From Candidatus Latescibacterota bacterium (GTDB taxonomy: Bacteria; Latescibacterota; UBA2968; UBA8231), in the NCBI GenBank assembly GCA_965261395.1, contig OZ253462.1, positions 4,000,001 through 4,064,000 on the forward strand: 64,000 bases of DNA, read 5' to 3'. Below are positions 38,339 through 48,659 of the stretch, piece by piece (within the stretch, counting starts at the first letter, position 1; each line of letters begins with the position of its first letter). The translations under genes were made by a program, and so were the position numbers. Below the pieces are notes generated by a model. It did not search any database and was not told where the DNA came from. It was given only the letters and a program-made list of their open reading frames with translations.

Positions 38339-39765
38339 CCGATTTCGACCTGATTCTGCCGGCAAAACTCAAGAGCGACCTCTTTGCTCATCTCTTTCCC
38401 GGAGATGGCGACGAACATGGGGCCATAATCTCTGCCGGTGTCGTACATACTGATAGGGGCCTTCGACTTCTAGCTCGGGATCTGTTCTTGGCCGAAGACG
38501 GGGTCGATTACATTCCCGGAGAGCGTGGCTATCGAATGCTCACACCACGCTTTGTGATGGAAAAATCCCTCAATTGTCGGGACCAGAAGCTAGCATACTT
38601 GGCTATACATAATCATGGCGAAGGGGAGTCCGTCAGTTTTAGCGATGTGGACCTTGCTTCGCACGAACGTGGGTACCCCGCTCTGGTGGACATCTTGCAG
38701 GGACAGCCCGTTGGAGCCCTCGTTTTCGCTAGATATGCGGTCGCTGGAGATCTCTGGCTTCCAAGTGGTGGGCGTACCACGCTGCGAGAGGGTAGAGTTG
38801 TAGGAGGCTCCATCGAGTGCTTATATCCAAACCCGCCGCCGGCTCCTCCAAGTGTAGATTTGACCTATGATCGGCAGGCACGGCTCTTCGGTGACCGAGG
38901 GCAATCGCTCCTCAATGACGCAAAGATAGGAATCATCGGTGCTGGAGGCGTGGGGGCTCTCCTAGTGCTCTATATGGCCCGTCTCGGGGTAGGCCACATG
39001 GTCGTTGTGGATCCAGACCGCATCGACATCACCAATCTTTCTAGAGTCCCTGGTGCTACGCGCTTCGATGCAAGGACTTGGCTCACCGCAGGGGGGCGGC
39101 CTGAGTGGCTCCAAAGCTTCGGGCGTCGAATCTCTGCCCGCAAGGTGGACATTATGCGGCGTGTTGCCCGCCGAGCCAACCGGGATATTTGGTTTGAGGG
39201 CATCTTCGGAGATGTCGTGGATGACGCCGTAGCGATGCGGTTTAGAGACTGCGATTTCCTATTTCTGGCTGCGGATACCCACCAAGCAAGGCTCGTCTTT
39301 AACGCGCTCGTTCACCAGTACCTCATTCCTGGTGTTCAGGTTGGCTCCAAAATCTCTGTCGATAGGGCCTCTGGCGAGATTAATGACGTGTTTTCGGTCG
39401 TGCGTCCAGTCATTCCAGATTCTGGATGCCTTTGGTGCGCGAAGCTCATAGATCCGGCCCGTTTGGCGGAGGAATCGCAGCCAAAAGAGGAACGAGAGCG
39501 TCAGAGTTACATTGAGGAAGTTCCTGCACCGAGCGTAGTGACGCTGAATGGTATCGGTGCGAGCCATGCTGCCAATGAGTTTCTTTTTTCTTGGACTGGA
39601 CTTAGGCTTCCGGTCTCTGAGGAACTGTACCTATACTACCAGCCACGGGAGCGAAAGGGAATGATGCCAAAACCTTTACGTAAGGATGCCTGCACAGAGT
39701 GTGGGATAGGAACGGAAAGCCGACGGGCACGTGGCGACAGCACAGATCTACCGACACGGTGGTAG
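38335..39765 (+). CDS. JAB/MPN peptidase fused to ThiF/E1 adenylyltransferase, BubCD-like
   Basis: GTG start with AAGGAGG; E...HNH-x8-SxxD; YDRQ, GAGGVG, DPD..TNLSR, CLWC, CTEC. Confidence 0.85.
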   Translation: MTDFDLILPAKLKSDLFAHLFPGDGDEHGAIISAGVVHTDRGLRLLARDLFLAEDGVDYIPGERGYRMLTPRFVMEKSLNCRDQKLAYLAIHNHGEGESVSFSDVDLASHERGYPALVDILQGQPVGALVFARYAVAGDLWLPSGGRTTLREGRVVGGSIECLYPNPPPAPPSVDLTYDRQARLFGDRGQSLLNDAKIGIIGAGGVGALLVLYMARLGVGHMVVVDPDRIDITNLSRVPGATRFDARTWLTAGGRPEWLQSFGRRISARKVDIMRRVARRANRDIWFEGIFGDVVDDAVAMRFRDCDFLFLAADTHQARLVFNALVHQYLIPGVQVGSKISVDRASGEINDVFSVVRPVIPDSGCLWCAKLIDPARLAEESQPKEERERQSYIEEVPAPSVVTLNGIGASHAANEFLFSWTGLRLPVSEELYLYYQPRERKGMMPKPLRKDACTECGIGTESRRARGDSTDLPTRW

Positions 39766-39891
39766 GTGCTGAGAAATACGAGCCGATCAAGGATGAGATC
39801 AACTCAATTATAACTGACCTAGCCGTAGCTTGACTGACCAAAGTTCTTCGATTACATACAATAACAGTCGCGGTGAGAAAGGACGGCAACC

Positions 39892-40440
39892 ATGGTCATC
39901 CCCAATCCCATAGTCAAGTTTACCTACGAAGACTACCTGAATACGCCGGAAGATAAGCGCTACGAGCTCCTAGACGGAGAGTTGGTTATGACCCCTGCCC
40001 CCGGAGAACTTCATCAGAGCATTTCCATCCTGCTAGGATCGGAACTGTTTCAATTCGCATCTGAGAATAGCTTGGGGCGGGTCTATCAGGCTCCCTTCGA
40101 CGTGGTGCTATCGGATGTGGACGTGGTGCAGCCTGATCTACTGTTCGTCTCCAATGAGCGCGGCCACATCATCACTCCCGCGAACATTCAGGGCACGCCG
40201 GACTTGGTCGTCGAAATCCTATCCCCCTCCACAGCCGAACGCGATAAGACATTCAAGCGCACGCTATATGCCAAGCACGGCGTGAACGAATACTGGATGG
40301 TGGACACTACCGAAAAAGACATAACAGTCCTGCTACTCGGTGAGCGCGGATACGAGGTCGTGGATACCTACGTCGAAGGAGAGACATTGACTTCGCCGAC
40401 CTTGCAAGGCTTCAGGCTGCATATCGGCGACCTATTTTGA
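39892..40440 (+). CDS. Uma2 family endonuclease
   Basis: YELLDGEL, QPDL, PDLVVEILSPS, EYWMVD. Confidence 0.92.
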   Translation: MVIPNPIVKFTYEDYLNTPEDKRYELLDGELVMTPAPGELHQSISILLGSELFQFASENSLGRVYQAPFDVVLSDVDVVQPDLLFVSNERGHIITPANIQGTPDLVVEILSPSTAERDKTFKRTLYAKHGVNEYWMVDTTEKDITVLLLGERGYEVVDTYVEGETLTSPTLQGFRLHIGDLF

Positions 40441-40462
40441 GCGCCTCAGGCTGGAGGTTACA

Positions 40463-40699
40463 ATGCCAAGGGTCAGCAGCATCCAAGGGCCATATCGGTT
40501 CTTCTTTTACAGCTTTGACTGTCATGAACCTCGGCATGTGCATGTCAGAAGAGAAAAAAGAACATGCAAATACTGGCTTGAACCCATTGCATTGTGCAAA
40601 AATTACGGATTCTCTCCCCATGAACTGAATGGAATTCGGCGGTTGATCCAATCGAACTACGTGATAATTTTGGAGGCTTGGCGTGAACACTGTGAATAA
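40463..40699 (+). CDS. DUF4160 putative toxin
   Basis: YRFFFYS..EPRHVHV. Confidence 0.85.
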   Translation: MPRVSSIQGPYRFFFYSFDCHEPRHVHVRREKRTCKYWLEPIALCKNYGFSPHELNGIRRLIQSNYVIILEAWREHCE

Positions 40700-40949
40700 T
40701 ACGGAACCTCGCATCAAATCCATCAGGATTACTGAGGACTTGATCATCGCTGACTTGTTCGACGGTCGAACAATCAGTGTGCCACTCGTTTGGTCTTGGC
40801 GACTTTCCGATGCAACACCCGCTCAGCGTGAAAACTATGAATTTATCGGCGATGGGCAGGGCGTTCACTGGCCGGATATCGATGAAGACATCAGTGCAGA
40901 AGGCATGTTGATGGGCACACCTGCACAGCCCGCTAAACAGCGTGTGTAA
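40683..40949 (+). CDS. DUF2442 putative antitoxin
   Basis: DGRTISVPL, GVHWPDIDEDIS. Confidence 0.85.
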   Translation: MNTVNNTEPRIKSIRITEDLIIADLFDGRTISVPLVWSWRLSDATPAQRENYEFIGDGQGVHWPDIDEDISAEGMLMGTPAQPAKQRV

Positions 40950-40991
40950 CTCAATCTGTAGCGGGGCTGGTGCTGGTCAGCGAAAGTAATC

Positions 40992-41990
40992 CTACAACTC
41001 CACCCGCCTCCCACTGCGGGCCGACTCAAAAGCCGCCTCGACCACTCTGAGCGTGCCGTCGGCATGGTCGGCCATATAGGCGGGAGTCTCTTCTCCGCGC
41101 AGACATTGCTGGAAAAAGTCAATGGCCGGCTGGAAAGGCGGCGTGCCGGTCTGGAAGGTCTCGCTGCGGTTCTCATTGGAGCCGCTGACCACGTCAAAAC
41201 TGCTCTCCGCGCCGGGATGGTACGGGGAGGGTACAACCAGTCGGCCTTGGTCTCCAGTGATGAGGGCATGAGGCCCGCCGCGACCATCGAAACCGCAGTA
41301 CAAGGTTGCGGTGAGGCCGTCGGGGTATTCGAGGATGAGCGAGGTGGCCACGTCCACCCCGGCTTGCGCGTCAAAGCGCATGTGCGCCTGAACGCTAACC
41401 GGGTCGGTGCCAGCGATGAAGCGCGAAAAGGTGATGGGGTACGCGCCGCCGTCGTAAATGCTGCCGCCGCCCAACGCTTTAATCAGGCGGATGTTGCTGG
41501 GGTCGTCGATGAAGTAGGTCATGCCGGCGTTAATGTGGCGCAGGGTGCCGATTTTGCCGGCGGCGATGATTTCCTTGAGACGGCGGCTTTGGGGATGGTG
41601 CATGAAGACAAAGGCCTCAAAGAGCAGCACGTCGGCCTTGTGGCAAGCCTCGACCATTTGCCGGCCTTCGGCCGCGGTGACGGCGAGGGGTTTTTCGCAA
41701 AAGACGTGTTTGCCGGCCTCGGCGGCTTTGATGGTCCATTCGGCGTGCAGCGAATTGGGCAGCGAGATATAGACGGCGTCGATGTTCGGGTGGTCGAGCA
41801 GGGCTTGGTAACTGCCCAGCGCCACAGGGATATCGTGGTCGCGGGCAAAGGCATCGGCGGTGTCTTGGCTGCGGCTGGCCACGGCATAGACTTGGGCACC
41901 GGGCGTGGCGCGGGCCGAGGGAATGAAGGCGGTGACGCCGATTCTGGCGGTGCTGAGGATGCCCCATTGGATGGGTCGTGAACTGGTCAT
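40992..41990 (-). CDS. Gfo/Idh/MocA oxidoreductase
   Basis: WGILSTARI, PNSLH, CEKP, GGGSIYD. Confidence 0.92.
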   Translation of the reverse strand: MTSSRPIQWGILSTARIGVTAFIPSARATPGAQVYAVASRSQDTADAFARDHDIPVALGSYQALLDHPNIDAVYISLPNSLHAEWTIKAAEAGKHVFCEKPLAVTAAEGRQMVEACHKADVLLFEAFVFMHHPQSRRLKEIIAAGKIGTLRHINAGMTYFIDDPSNIRLIKALGGGSIYDGGAYPITFSRFIAGTDPVSVQAHMRFDAQAGVDVATSLILEYPDGLTATLYCGFDGRGGPHALITGDQGRLVVPSPYHPGAESSFDVVSGSNENRSETFQTGTPPFQPAIDFFQQCLRGEETPAYMADHADGTLRVVEAAFESARSGRRVEL

Positions 41991-42174
41991 TGAAGAACCT
42001 CCCGCAACCTAATTTTATGTAGTTTTAACAGCATGGGAATACTCTATATAGACCAAATAGCCCAACGAAGTAAATGCGGCCGGTTTTTCAGAGAGGAGGC
42101 CAGAGTTCCCAACGCGATTGCGGACTGCCGCCGGGATACTATCTTGATCCAGCAACTGGATGGAGACAATCTGC

Positions 42175-43404
42175 ATGGCAACGAAAACCACCGCTCCCAA
42201 AAAACTCTGGGCTGGCGTCGCAAAAGTCGATATCACCAATACGGCAGCGGACGCGACAGACGATCCGCTCTACGCCGGTATTGCAACAACAACCGCCAAT
42301 GACCCATTATACGCCAAAGCCCTAATCCTGCGCAGTGACCATACCACGGTGGTCCTCGTCACCGTGGACGCCGTGGCGATCGGCGAGATCGGCACCATCG
42401 GCAACGACTATCTGACCAATGTGCGGGCCCAACTGCAAAAAGAGCTGGCAATCGATCCGGCGCATGTGCTGATCAATGCCAGCCACTGCCACGGCGTGGT
42501 CTGCAAAGATGTCGCAGCGCGGACGGTGCAGGCCGTAGAAGCCGCATGGCAGCATATGGTGCCGGTAACAGTCGGCGTCGGCACCGGCCACGAGGACCGG
42601 ATCATGGAAAACCGCCGGCTCAAACTCAAAAATGGCCGTGAAGCGGATATCCGCCGCGCCTACTCGCTCCCGCCCGACGAACAAATCGCCGCGGTCGGTC
42701 CGATCGATCCGCAAATCGGCATCCTGCGGCTGGACAAGGAGGACGGACAGACCCTGGCCGTCCTCTATAATTTCGCCTGCCACCCCATCCAGGGCGTGCC
42801 CAGCGGTGCCAACACCGCAGACCTCAGCGGCTTTGCCTCCAGAGTCATTGAAGACAACATAAGCGACGGTGCCATCGCCTTCTTCTTACAGGGATGTGGC
42901 GCGGATATCAATCCGGTGCTCTATAGGGATATCGACAACCCCCCGGATGCCGAACCTCTGGGGCATATGCTAGGCTTGAGCACCTTGCAGGCGCTAAAGC
43001 ATATCAAGTGCGCGAAAGGCGACCCGCTGAAACTGGTCAACGAGACCCTCGAATTGCCCAGAGCCGACCTGCGAGAAGGCATCGAGGCCCTACGAGCCGA
43101 ACAAATGCGGCTATTGCAGTCTTTACAAGCCACTAGCCTCAACCTGAAGACCTTTGTACCCCTGCTGGTCAAATACAACCTCTCCGGCGAATTTCCCTCC
43201 TATGATGCCCATCGCTATCTGCACGAGAGAAAATTCGCCAGCAAGGGCCTGGACAAACTCGACGCCGACAACAGGCGGAACCTGGATCAGTACATCGCCA
43301 ATATGCATACTATGGAAGAGCTGACCCGGATCCAGATCAACTTGGACCTGCGGAAATACTGCAAAGGTTATAATGTCTATACCCGTCATCTTCGACGCCG
43401 ATAG
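42175..43404 (+). pseudogene. Ceramidase-like protein, probably 3'-truncated
   Basis: ASHCH, ENRR, FACHP, GCGADINP present, but the C-terminal PGE/GY segment seen in the paralogs at 24-27 kb is absent. Confidence 0.55.
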
Positions 43405-43445
43405 CGGCAGCCAAGTCCAACAATACCAACAATAGAGAGGGAACC

Positions 43446-44621
43446 ATGGCCCAGCGCAAAAAGATCGCCGCCATTATCACCGAATACCGCGTCCCGGCGC
43501 ACGCCGACGTCATTGTCGGCAAGTTCATCAAGGGTTTTCCCACTGACGAGGGCATGCAGGAGCCGCAGGTGGATATCGCCTCCATGTACCTGGACCAGAT
43601 ACCCGACAATGATATCGGCCTACAAGTATCCAAAGAATACGATATACCCGTGTACCAGAGCATCCCCGCGGCGCTGTGTCTGGGTGGCGGCAAATTGGCC
43701 GTCGACGGCGTAATTTCCATTGGCGAACACGGCACGTACGCCTTCAACGAGAAGGGCCAGCACATGTATCCCCGGCGCTTTTTCTTTGAACAGATCTGCG
43801 GCGTTATGGCCACCTCCGGCCGCTCGGTGCCGGTGTTCAGCGACAAGCACCTGTCCTACAACTGGTGCGACGCCAAGTGGATGTACGACCGGGCAGTGGA
43901 ACTGAACGTCCCCTTTATGGCCGGCTCTTCAGTGCCCTTGGGCTGGCGCGACCCCTGGCTCGAACACGAGCTGGATGCCCCCATCGAAGACGCCCTCATG
44001 CTCAGCTTTGGCGGCATTGAGTCCTACGGCTATCACGGCTTTGAGGGCCTGCAGGCCATGGTCGAGCGGCGCCGGGGCGGTGAGACCGGTCTGGCGGCCG
44101 TGCAGTGTTTGGAAGGCGAGGCCGTGTGGCAGGCCGGCGCCGACGGCCTGTGGTCGCGCCAGTTGGCCGCCGCGGCCGCGGCGGCGGGCAAAACCTCGGC
44201 CGAACCCATGGAGGAGGCCTGCGAAAATCCAGCGGCCTTTCTGCTGGAATACAGGGATGGTTTCAAGGCCGCCCTGCTGCACTTGAACGGGTACGTCGAG
44301 GAATGGTCGTACGCGGCCCGCGTCAACGGCCAGGTACAGGCCACGGGCCTGCGCTTGCACGGGCCGCCCTATCCCCACTTCAGCTACCTGGGCCTCAATA
44401 TCCAGGAGATGTTTCTCACGGGCCAGCCGCAGTATCCGGCGGAGCGCACCCTGCTGGTAAGCGGCGGTCTGGACGCCCTGATGGATTCGCGTCACCAGGG
44501 CCATATACGGCTGGAGACGCCGCATTTGGACGTGCAGTACCAGGCCCCCGAAAACAGGCCCATCCGCCCCACCGGACCCCGGCCGCAAGGGGCGAGCACA
44601 GTGCCTTTCGACGGGATTTAG
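43446..44621 (+). CDS. Conserved hypothetical protein, Gfo/Idh/MocA-like fold
   Basis: HADVI, EHG.Y, DKH, MAGSS, YGYH; good RBS. Confidence 0.7.
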   Translation: MAQRKKIAAIITEYRVPAHADVIVGKFIKGFPTDEGMQEPQVDIASMYLDQIPDNDIGLQVSKEYDIPVYQSIPAALCLGGGKLAVDGVISIGEHGTYAFNEKGQHMYPRRFFFEQICGVMATSGRSVPVFSDKHLSYNWCDAKWMYDRAVELNVPFMAGSSVPLGWRDPWLEHELDAPIEDALMLSFGGIESYGYHGFEGLQAMVERRRGGETGLAAVQCLEGEAVWQAGADGLWSRQLAAAAAAAGKTSAEPMEEACENPAAFLLEYRDGFKAALLHLNGYVEEWSYAARVNGQVQATGLRLHGPPYPHFSYLGLNIQEMFLTGQPQYPAERTLLVSGGLDALMDSRHQGHIRLETPHLDVQYQAPENRPIRPTGPRPQGASTVPFDGI

Positions 44622-44710
44622 GGCCACTTCCGGCACAACGGTCGCCTCTTTCCGCTGGCGGAAGCGGCCGGCCTTGTCAAGTCCGGTGTCTGCGCTTTGA
44701 TTTGCTCCTT

Positions 44711-44950
44711 ATGAATGACTCTCAAGAACAACTCGTCTCTGAGCCGCGCAAGGTCGGCTACATCTGGATCGTCTATTTGCTGCTCTACGCGGTGGCCGTT
44801 CCCTGGTATTGGCCCGAAGGGTATCGGGGGCCGCTGGTGCTGGGCTTTCCGCTGTGGGTGGCGGTATCGCTGGGGGCGGTGCTGCTGTTGGCGCTGTGGA
44901 CGGGCTGGGTGATCCACCGCTACTGGATTGAAGCAAAGGAGCAAGACTGA
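44711..44950 (+). CDS. Small two-TM membrane protein, SSS transporter partner
   Basis: Two hydrophobic segments, PWYW and GFPLW; stop overlaps the symporter start. Confidence 0.75.
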   Translation: MNDSQEQLVSEPRKVGYIWIVYLLLYAVAVPWYWPEGYRGPLVLGFPLWVAVSLGAVLLLALWTGWVIHRYWIEAKEQD

Positions 44951-46401
44951 TGGGCGGCATGGTGTTTGGTCCGGGCGCGCTCATCGCGGTGGGGCTATAC
45001 CTGGTCTCGATGATCGGCGTGGGGTGGATTGCGCGCACGCGCCGCCAATCCAACAGCATGGCCGACTTCTATCTGGCGGGGCGCTCGATGGGCTTGGCCG
45101 TGCTCTTCCTGACGCTCTATGCAACCCAATACAGCGGCAATACGCTCTTTGGCTACACGGGTAAGACCTACCGCATCGGCTTTGAGTGGACGGCTTCGGT
45201 GCTCTTTATGTTCTCGATCATCGTCGGCTACATGCTCTTTGCCCCGCGCTTGGTCGCGTTGGCGCGCAAGGAGGGGTTTATCACCCCGGGCGACTACATT
45301 ACGCACCGCTTCCGCTCGTCGGTGCTGACGCTTTTGAGCACGGTCTTGATGATCTACGCGCTGGGCAACTACGCGCTGGCCCAACTCAAGGCAATGGGTG
45401 CAGCCGTCGAGGGGATCACCGACGGCGCGATCCCCGGCAGCTACGGCATTATTGGCTTGGCGGTCATTATGGTCATCTATGAGACCTTGGGGGGGATGCG
45501 CTCGGTGGCGTGGACGGATGTCATGCAGGGGGGCGTGCTGCTGTTGGGCTTTGGCATCTTGGTCTTCCTCATCCCGCAGAAGCTGGGTGGGGGTCTAGGA
45601 CAGGTCGTGGCCCAACTGAGCGAAATGGATCCGCCCAAGGTCCAAGCGCCGAGCTGGGAGGGGGCCAACACGTGGATCAGCTACGTGCTGCTGTTGGGCT
45701 GTGGGGCGGCCATTTACCCGCAGGCGATCCAACGGCTCTACGCCAGCCGCTCGGTCGCGGTGCTCAAGCGCTCGCTGATTCTGATGGCCTTTATGCCGCT
45801 GACCACTACGTTGGTGGCCCTGGTGTGCGGCTTGACCGCGGCGGTGGTGTTGCCCGATCTGAGCAAGGCCGAAAGCGACCAAGTGTTGGCCCGGCTCTGC
45901 GCGCTGATTATGGGTGAGTCCGCGCTGGGCTACTGGCTGGTGGTGGCGATCTTTGCCGCGGTGCTGGCGGCGCTGATGTCCACTGCGGACTCAGCGCTGT
46001 TGTCGATCTCGTCGATGGTTACCAAGGATATTTACCTGCCGTATTTCCGGCCGCAGGCCACCGAGGCCGAGCTGACGAAGGTGGGCAAAATTAGCTCGTG
46101 GATCATCGTCGTATTGCTGGTCGCGGTGGCTATTAGCACCAAGGCGACTTTAGTGCGGCTGTTGGAGCTGAAGTTCGAGGTCTTGATCCAGGTCGTGCCG
46201 TGCTTTTTCCTCGGGCTGTACTGGAAGCGGCTTTCGGCGCGGACGGCGCTAACCGGCATGGTCTGCGGGCTGGCGGTGGCACTGGGGTTGACCTTGGGGG
46301 GCAAACCGATGATCTGGGGCTTCCACGCCGGGGTGATTGGTCTCGGTGTCAACACGGCGATCTGTGCCATCGGCACTTGGTGCAAACCGACGACATCATA
46401 G
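44950..46401 (+). CDS. Sodium:solute symporter family protein
   Basis: FYLAGR, GGMRSVAWTDVMQG, AALMSTADS. Confidence 0.93.
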   Translation: MGGMVFGPGALIAVGLYLVSMIGVGWIARTRRQSNSMADFYLAGRSMGLAVLFLTLYATQYSGNTLFGYTGKTYRIGFEWTASVLFMFSIIVGYMLFAPRLVALARKEGFITPGDYITHRFRSSVLTLLSTVLMIYALGNYALAQLKAMGAAVEGITDGAIPGSYGIIGLAVIMVIYETLGGMRSVAWTDVMQGGVLLLGFGILVFLIPQKLGGGLGQVVAQLSEMDPPKVQAPSWEGANTWISYVLLLGCGAAIYPQAIQRLYASRSVAVLKRSLILMAFMPLTTTLVALVCGLTAAVVLPDLSKAESDQVLARLCALIMGESALGYWLVVAIFAAVLAALMSTADSALLSISSMVTKDIYLPYFRPQATEAELTKVGKISSWIIVVLLVAVAISTKATLVRLLELKFEVLIQVVPCFFLGLYWKRLSARTALTGMVCGLAVALGLTLGGKPMIWGFHAGVIGLGVNTAICAIGTWCKPTTS

Positions 46402-46416
46402 ACTAAAAGGAGACCT

Positions 46417-47481
46417 ATGCGTCCAGCATCCAAGCAATTTCTCGTCGATCTGCTCAGTGCTCCCGGCCCTTCGGGGTACGAGGGGCCGGTGCGGGCGGTG
46501 TGGAAGGACGCGGTGGCAGAGTTCGCCGACCGCGTCGAAGTCGATGTGCACGGCAATACCATCGGCGTCCACAACGAAGCTGGCGGCCCCAAGATCATGT
46601 TCGCCGGGCACGCCGACGAGTTGGGTTTCCAGATCGTGTACATCGACGACAAAGGCTATCTCTACTTTGACACCATCGGCGGCTTTGACTTGCAGATCGT
46701 GCCGGGCCGCAAGGTGCGCATCCACACGGCGCAAGGGCCGGTCTTGGGCGTGTTGGGCAAAAAGCCCATTCACCTGATGAAGGCAGCGGACCGGACCAAA
46801 GTACCGGACAAGCACGACTTGTGGATCGATATCGGCGCAGCCGACGCGGACGAGGCGCGGCAACTGGTGGCCATCGGCGACCCGGCGACCTACGACGCCA
46901 ACTTTGAGGAACTGCGCAATGGGCTGGTGGTGTCGCGGGGGATTGACAATAAGGCCGGTGCTTGGGTGGTCGCCGAGGCGCTCCGGCGGGTCAGCCGCGC
47001 CAAGCGCAAATGCCGCGCCGCGGTGTATGCGGTGGCCACCGCGCAGGAGGAAGTGGGGATGCGTGGAGCCAAGACTAGCGCCTATGGGGTAGACCCGCTG
47101 GTGGGTATTGCCGTGGATGTTACTTGGGCAACGGACCATCCAGATATTGATAAGCGCCAAGTCGGCGAGTGCAAGCTGGGTGGGGGGCCGGTCATTTTGC
47201 GCGGAGCCAACGCCAGCCCGGTCGTGTACGAGCGGCTGGTGCAGGTGGCAGAAAAGAAGAAAATTCCCTATCAGATCCAAGCCGAGCCGGGGGGCACGGG
47301 CACGGACGCCAATGCCATCCAGCTCAGTCGGGCCGGGGTGGCCACCGGCTTGGTCAGCGTGCCGCAGCGCTACATGCACACGCCAGTCGAGATCGCGTCC
47401 TTAGAGGACTTGGACCACACCGCACGGCTGTTGGCGGAGTTTGCGCTGACCGTCGATGAAAAGGAGAGTTTCATACCATGA
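46417..47481 (+). CDS. M42 family metallopeptidase
   Basis: GPSGYE, GHADE, IDN, QEEVG, GTD, YMHTP. Confidence 0.93.
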   Translation: MRPASKQFLVDLLSAPGPSGYEGPVRAVWKDAVAEFADRVEVDVHGNTIGVHNEAGGPKIMFAGHADELGFQIVYIDDKGYLYFDTIGGFDLQIVPGRKVRIHTAQGPVLGVLGKKPIHLMKAADRTKVPDKHDLWIDIGAADADEARQLVAIGDPATYDANFEELRNGLVVSRGIDNKAGAWVVAEALRRVSRAKRKCRAAVYAVATAQEEVGMRGAKTSAYGVDPLVGIAVDVTWATDHPDIDKRQVGECKLGGGPVILRGANASPVVYERLVQVAEKKKIPYQIQAEPGGTGTDANAIQLSRAGVATGLVSVPQRYMHTPVEIASLEDLDHTARLLAEFALTVDEKESFIP

Positions 47482-48584
47482 AAATAACGTCTGTTGATAT
47501 TTGGACCGTAGTGGTGCCGACGATCCCCGGGCGAGTGCATAGCCCGGAATGCGTGCCCGAGACCGGGTGGGACCAAATGTCCAAGCACATCGTGCGCCTG
47601 AATACGGATACCGAGCTGACGGGCTTGGGGGAGACCGGGCGCGGTGAGGCGATAGAACAGGTCCGCGCAGGGGCGGCCCAGCTCTTGGGCAAAGACCCCG
47701 AGCAACTGACCTTGCAGGATATTTTTGCCGCCCGTCACGACGGCACGGAGGAGTTGCCCACAGTGGGGGGCGGACCGGCGTACGGCGCCTTTGAGATGGC
47801 GGTCTTTGACTTGGTGGGCAAAGCTCGCCAAGTGCCGGTACACGCGCTGCTGGGCGGTGCGGTACGCGACCGAGTGCGGGCCGATTACTGGATGGGGCAC
47901 CTGACGGTTGAAGACGGCAAGCGAGCGGTTGAACGGGCGCTCGCACACGGATTCAAAGGCGTCAAGATCAAGTGCAAGATCGAGGAGCCGATGGTCGAGA
48001 GGCTGAAGGCCATGCGCGAAGTGGGCGGGGTGGATTTTAAGGTGACGGTCGATCCCAACGAGCGCTTCCACACGGCCGAGCAGACCATCGAGCTGGCGCA
48101 GCAGCTTGTAGAGGTGGGCAACGTCGAGGTCTTTGAGGATCCCATCCCAAAGTCCGATTTGGAAGGCTATATCCAAATCCACGAGGCGATTGACCTGCCG
48201 GTAGCCATGCACGTGGGGAGCGGGCCAGCTATCATCCGCGCCATCAAGGCCGAGGTAGTCGATTGTTTTAACTTGGGTGGCAGCCTCGTCGGTTTTCAAA
48301 AGAATGCGGCGGTAGCGGCGGCGGCGGGCCTGCGCTGCTGGCACGGCTCGGGCAATGACTTGGGAATTGTCGATACCTCGTACGTCCACGCGGCCGCGGC
48401 CGCGCCCAACTGCACGATGGCTTCGGATTTTGTGGGGAGCTGGACCCGCGAGGACGATCTGATCGTCGAGCCGATTCCTTTTGTCGATGGGTACGTGCCC
48501 ACGCCCATGCAGCCGGGCTTGGGCTGTGTGCTGGACGAAAAAGCCTTGGTGCGCTACGTTCGGGGAAGCGAAACCGCCTCTTGA
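47478..48584 (+). CDS. Mandelate racemase/muconate lactonizing enzyme family protein
   Basis: KIK, VDPN, EDP, PGLG. Confidence 0.9.
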   Translation: MKITSVDIWTVVVPTIPGRVHSPECVPETGWDQMSKHIVRLNTDTELTGLGETGRGEAIEQVRAGAAQLLGKDPEQLTLQDIFAARHDGTEELPTVGGGPAYGAFEMAVFDLVGKARQVPVHALLGGAVRDRVRADYWMGHLTVEDGKRAVERALAHGFKGVKIKCKIEEPMVERLKAMREVGGVDFKVTVDPNERFHTAEQTIELAQQLVEVGNVEVFEDPIPKSDLEGYIQIHEAIDLPVAMHVGSGPAIIRAIKAEVVDCFNLGGSLVGFQKNAAVAAAAGLRCWHGSGNDLGIVDTSYVHAAAAAPNCTMASDFVGSWTREDDLIVEPIPFVDGYVPTPMQPGLGCVLDEKALVRYVRGSETAS

Positions 48585-48659
48585 GCGGGGCGACCTATTT
48601 ACAAATTCTGTGCGTCGGGCAGTGCTTGGCGTACTTAATCCCTTTAGGAGGATACAATC

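Noticed and set aside
37394-39765. Thiamine/molybdopterin sulfur-transfer operon or CBASS
   Set aside because: No ThiS/MoaD Gly-Gly carrier or biosynthetic genes, no CD-NTase, and an E2-like gene is present
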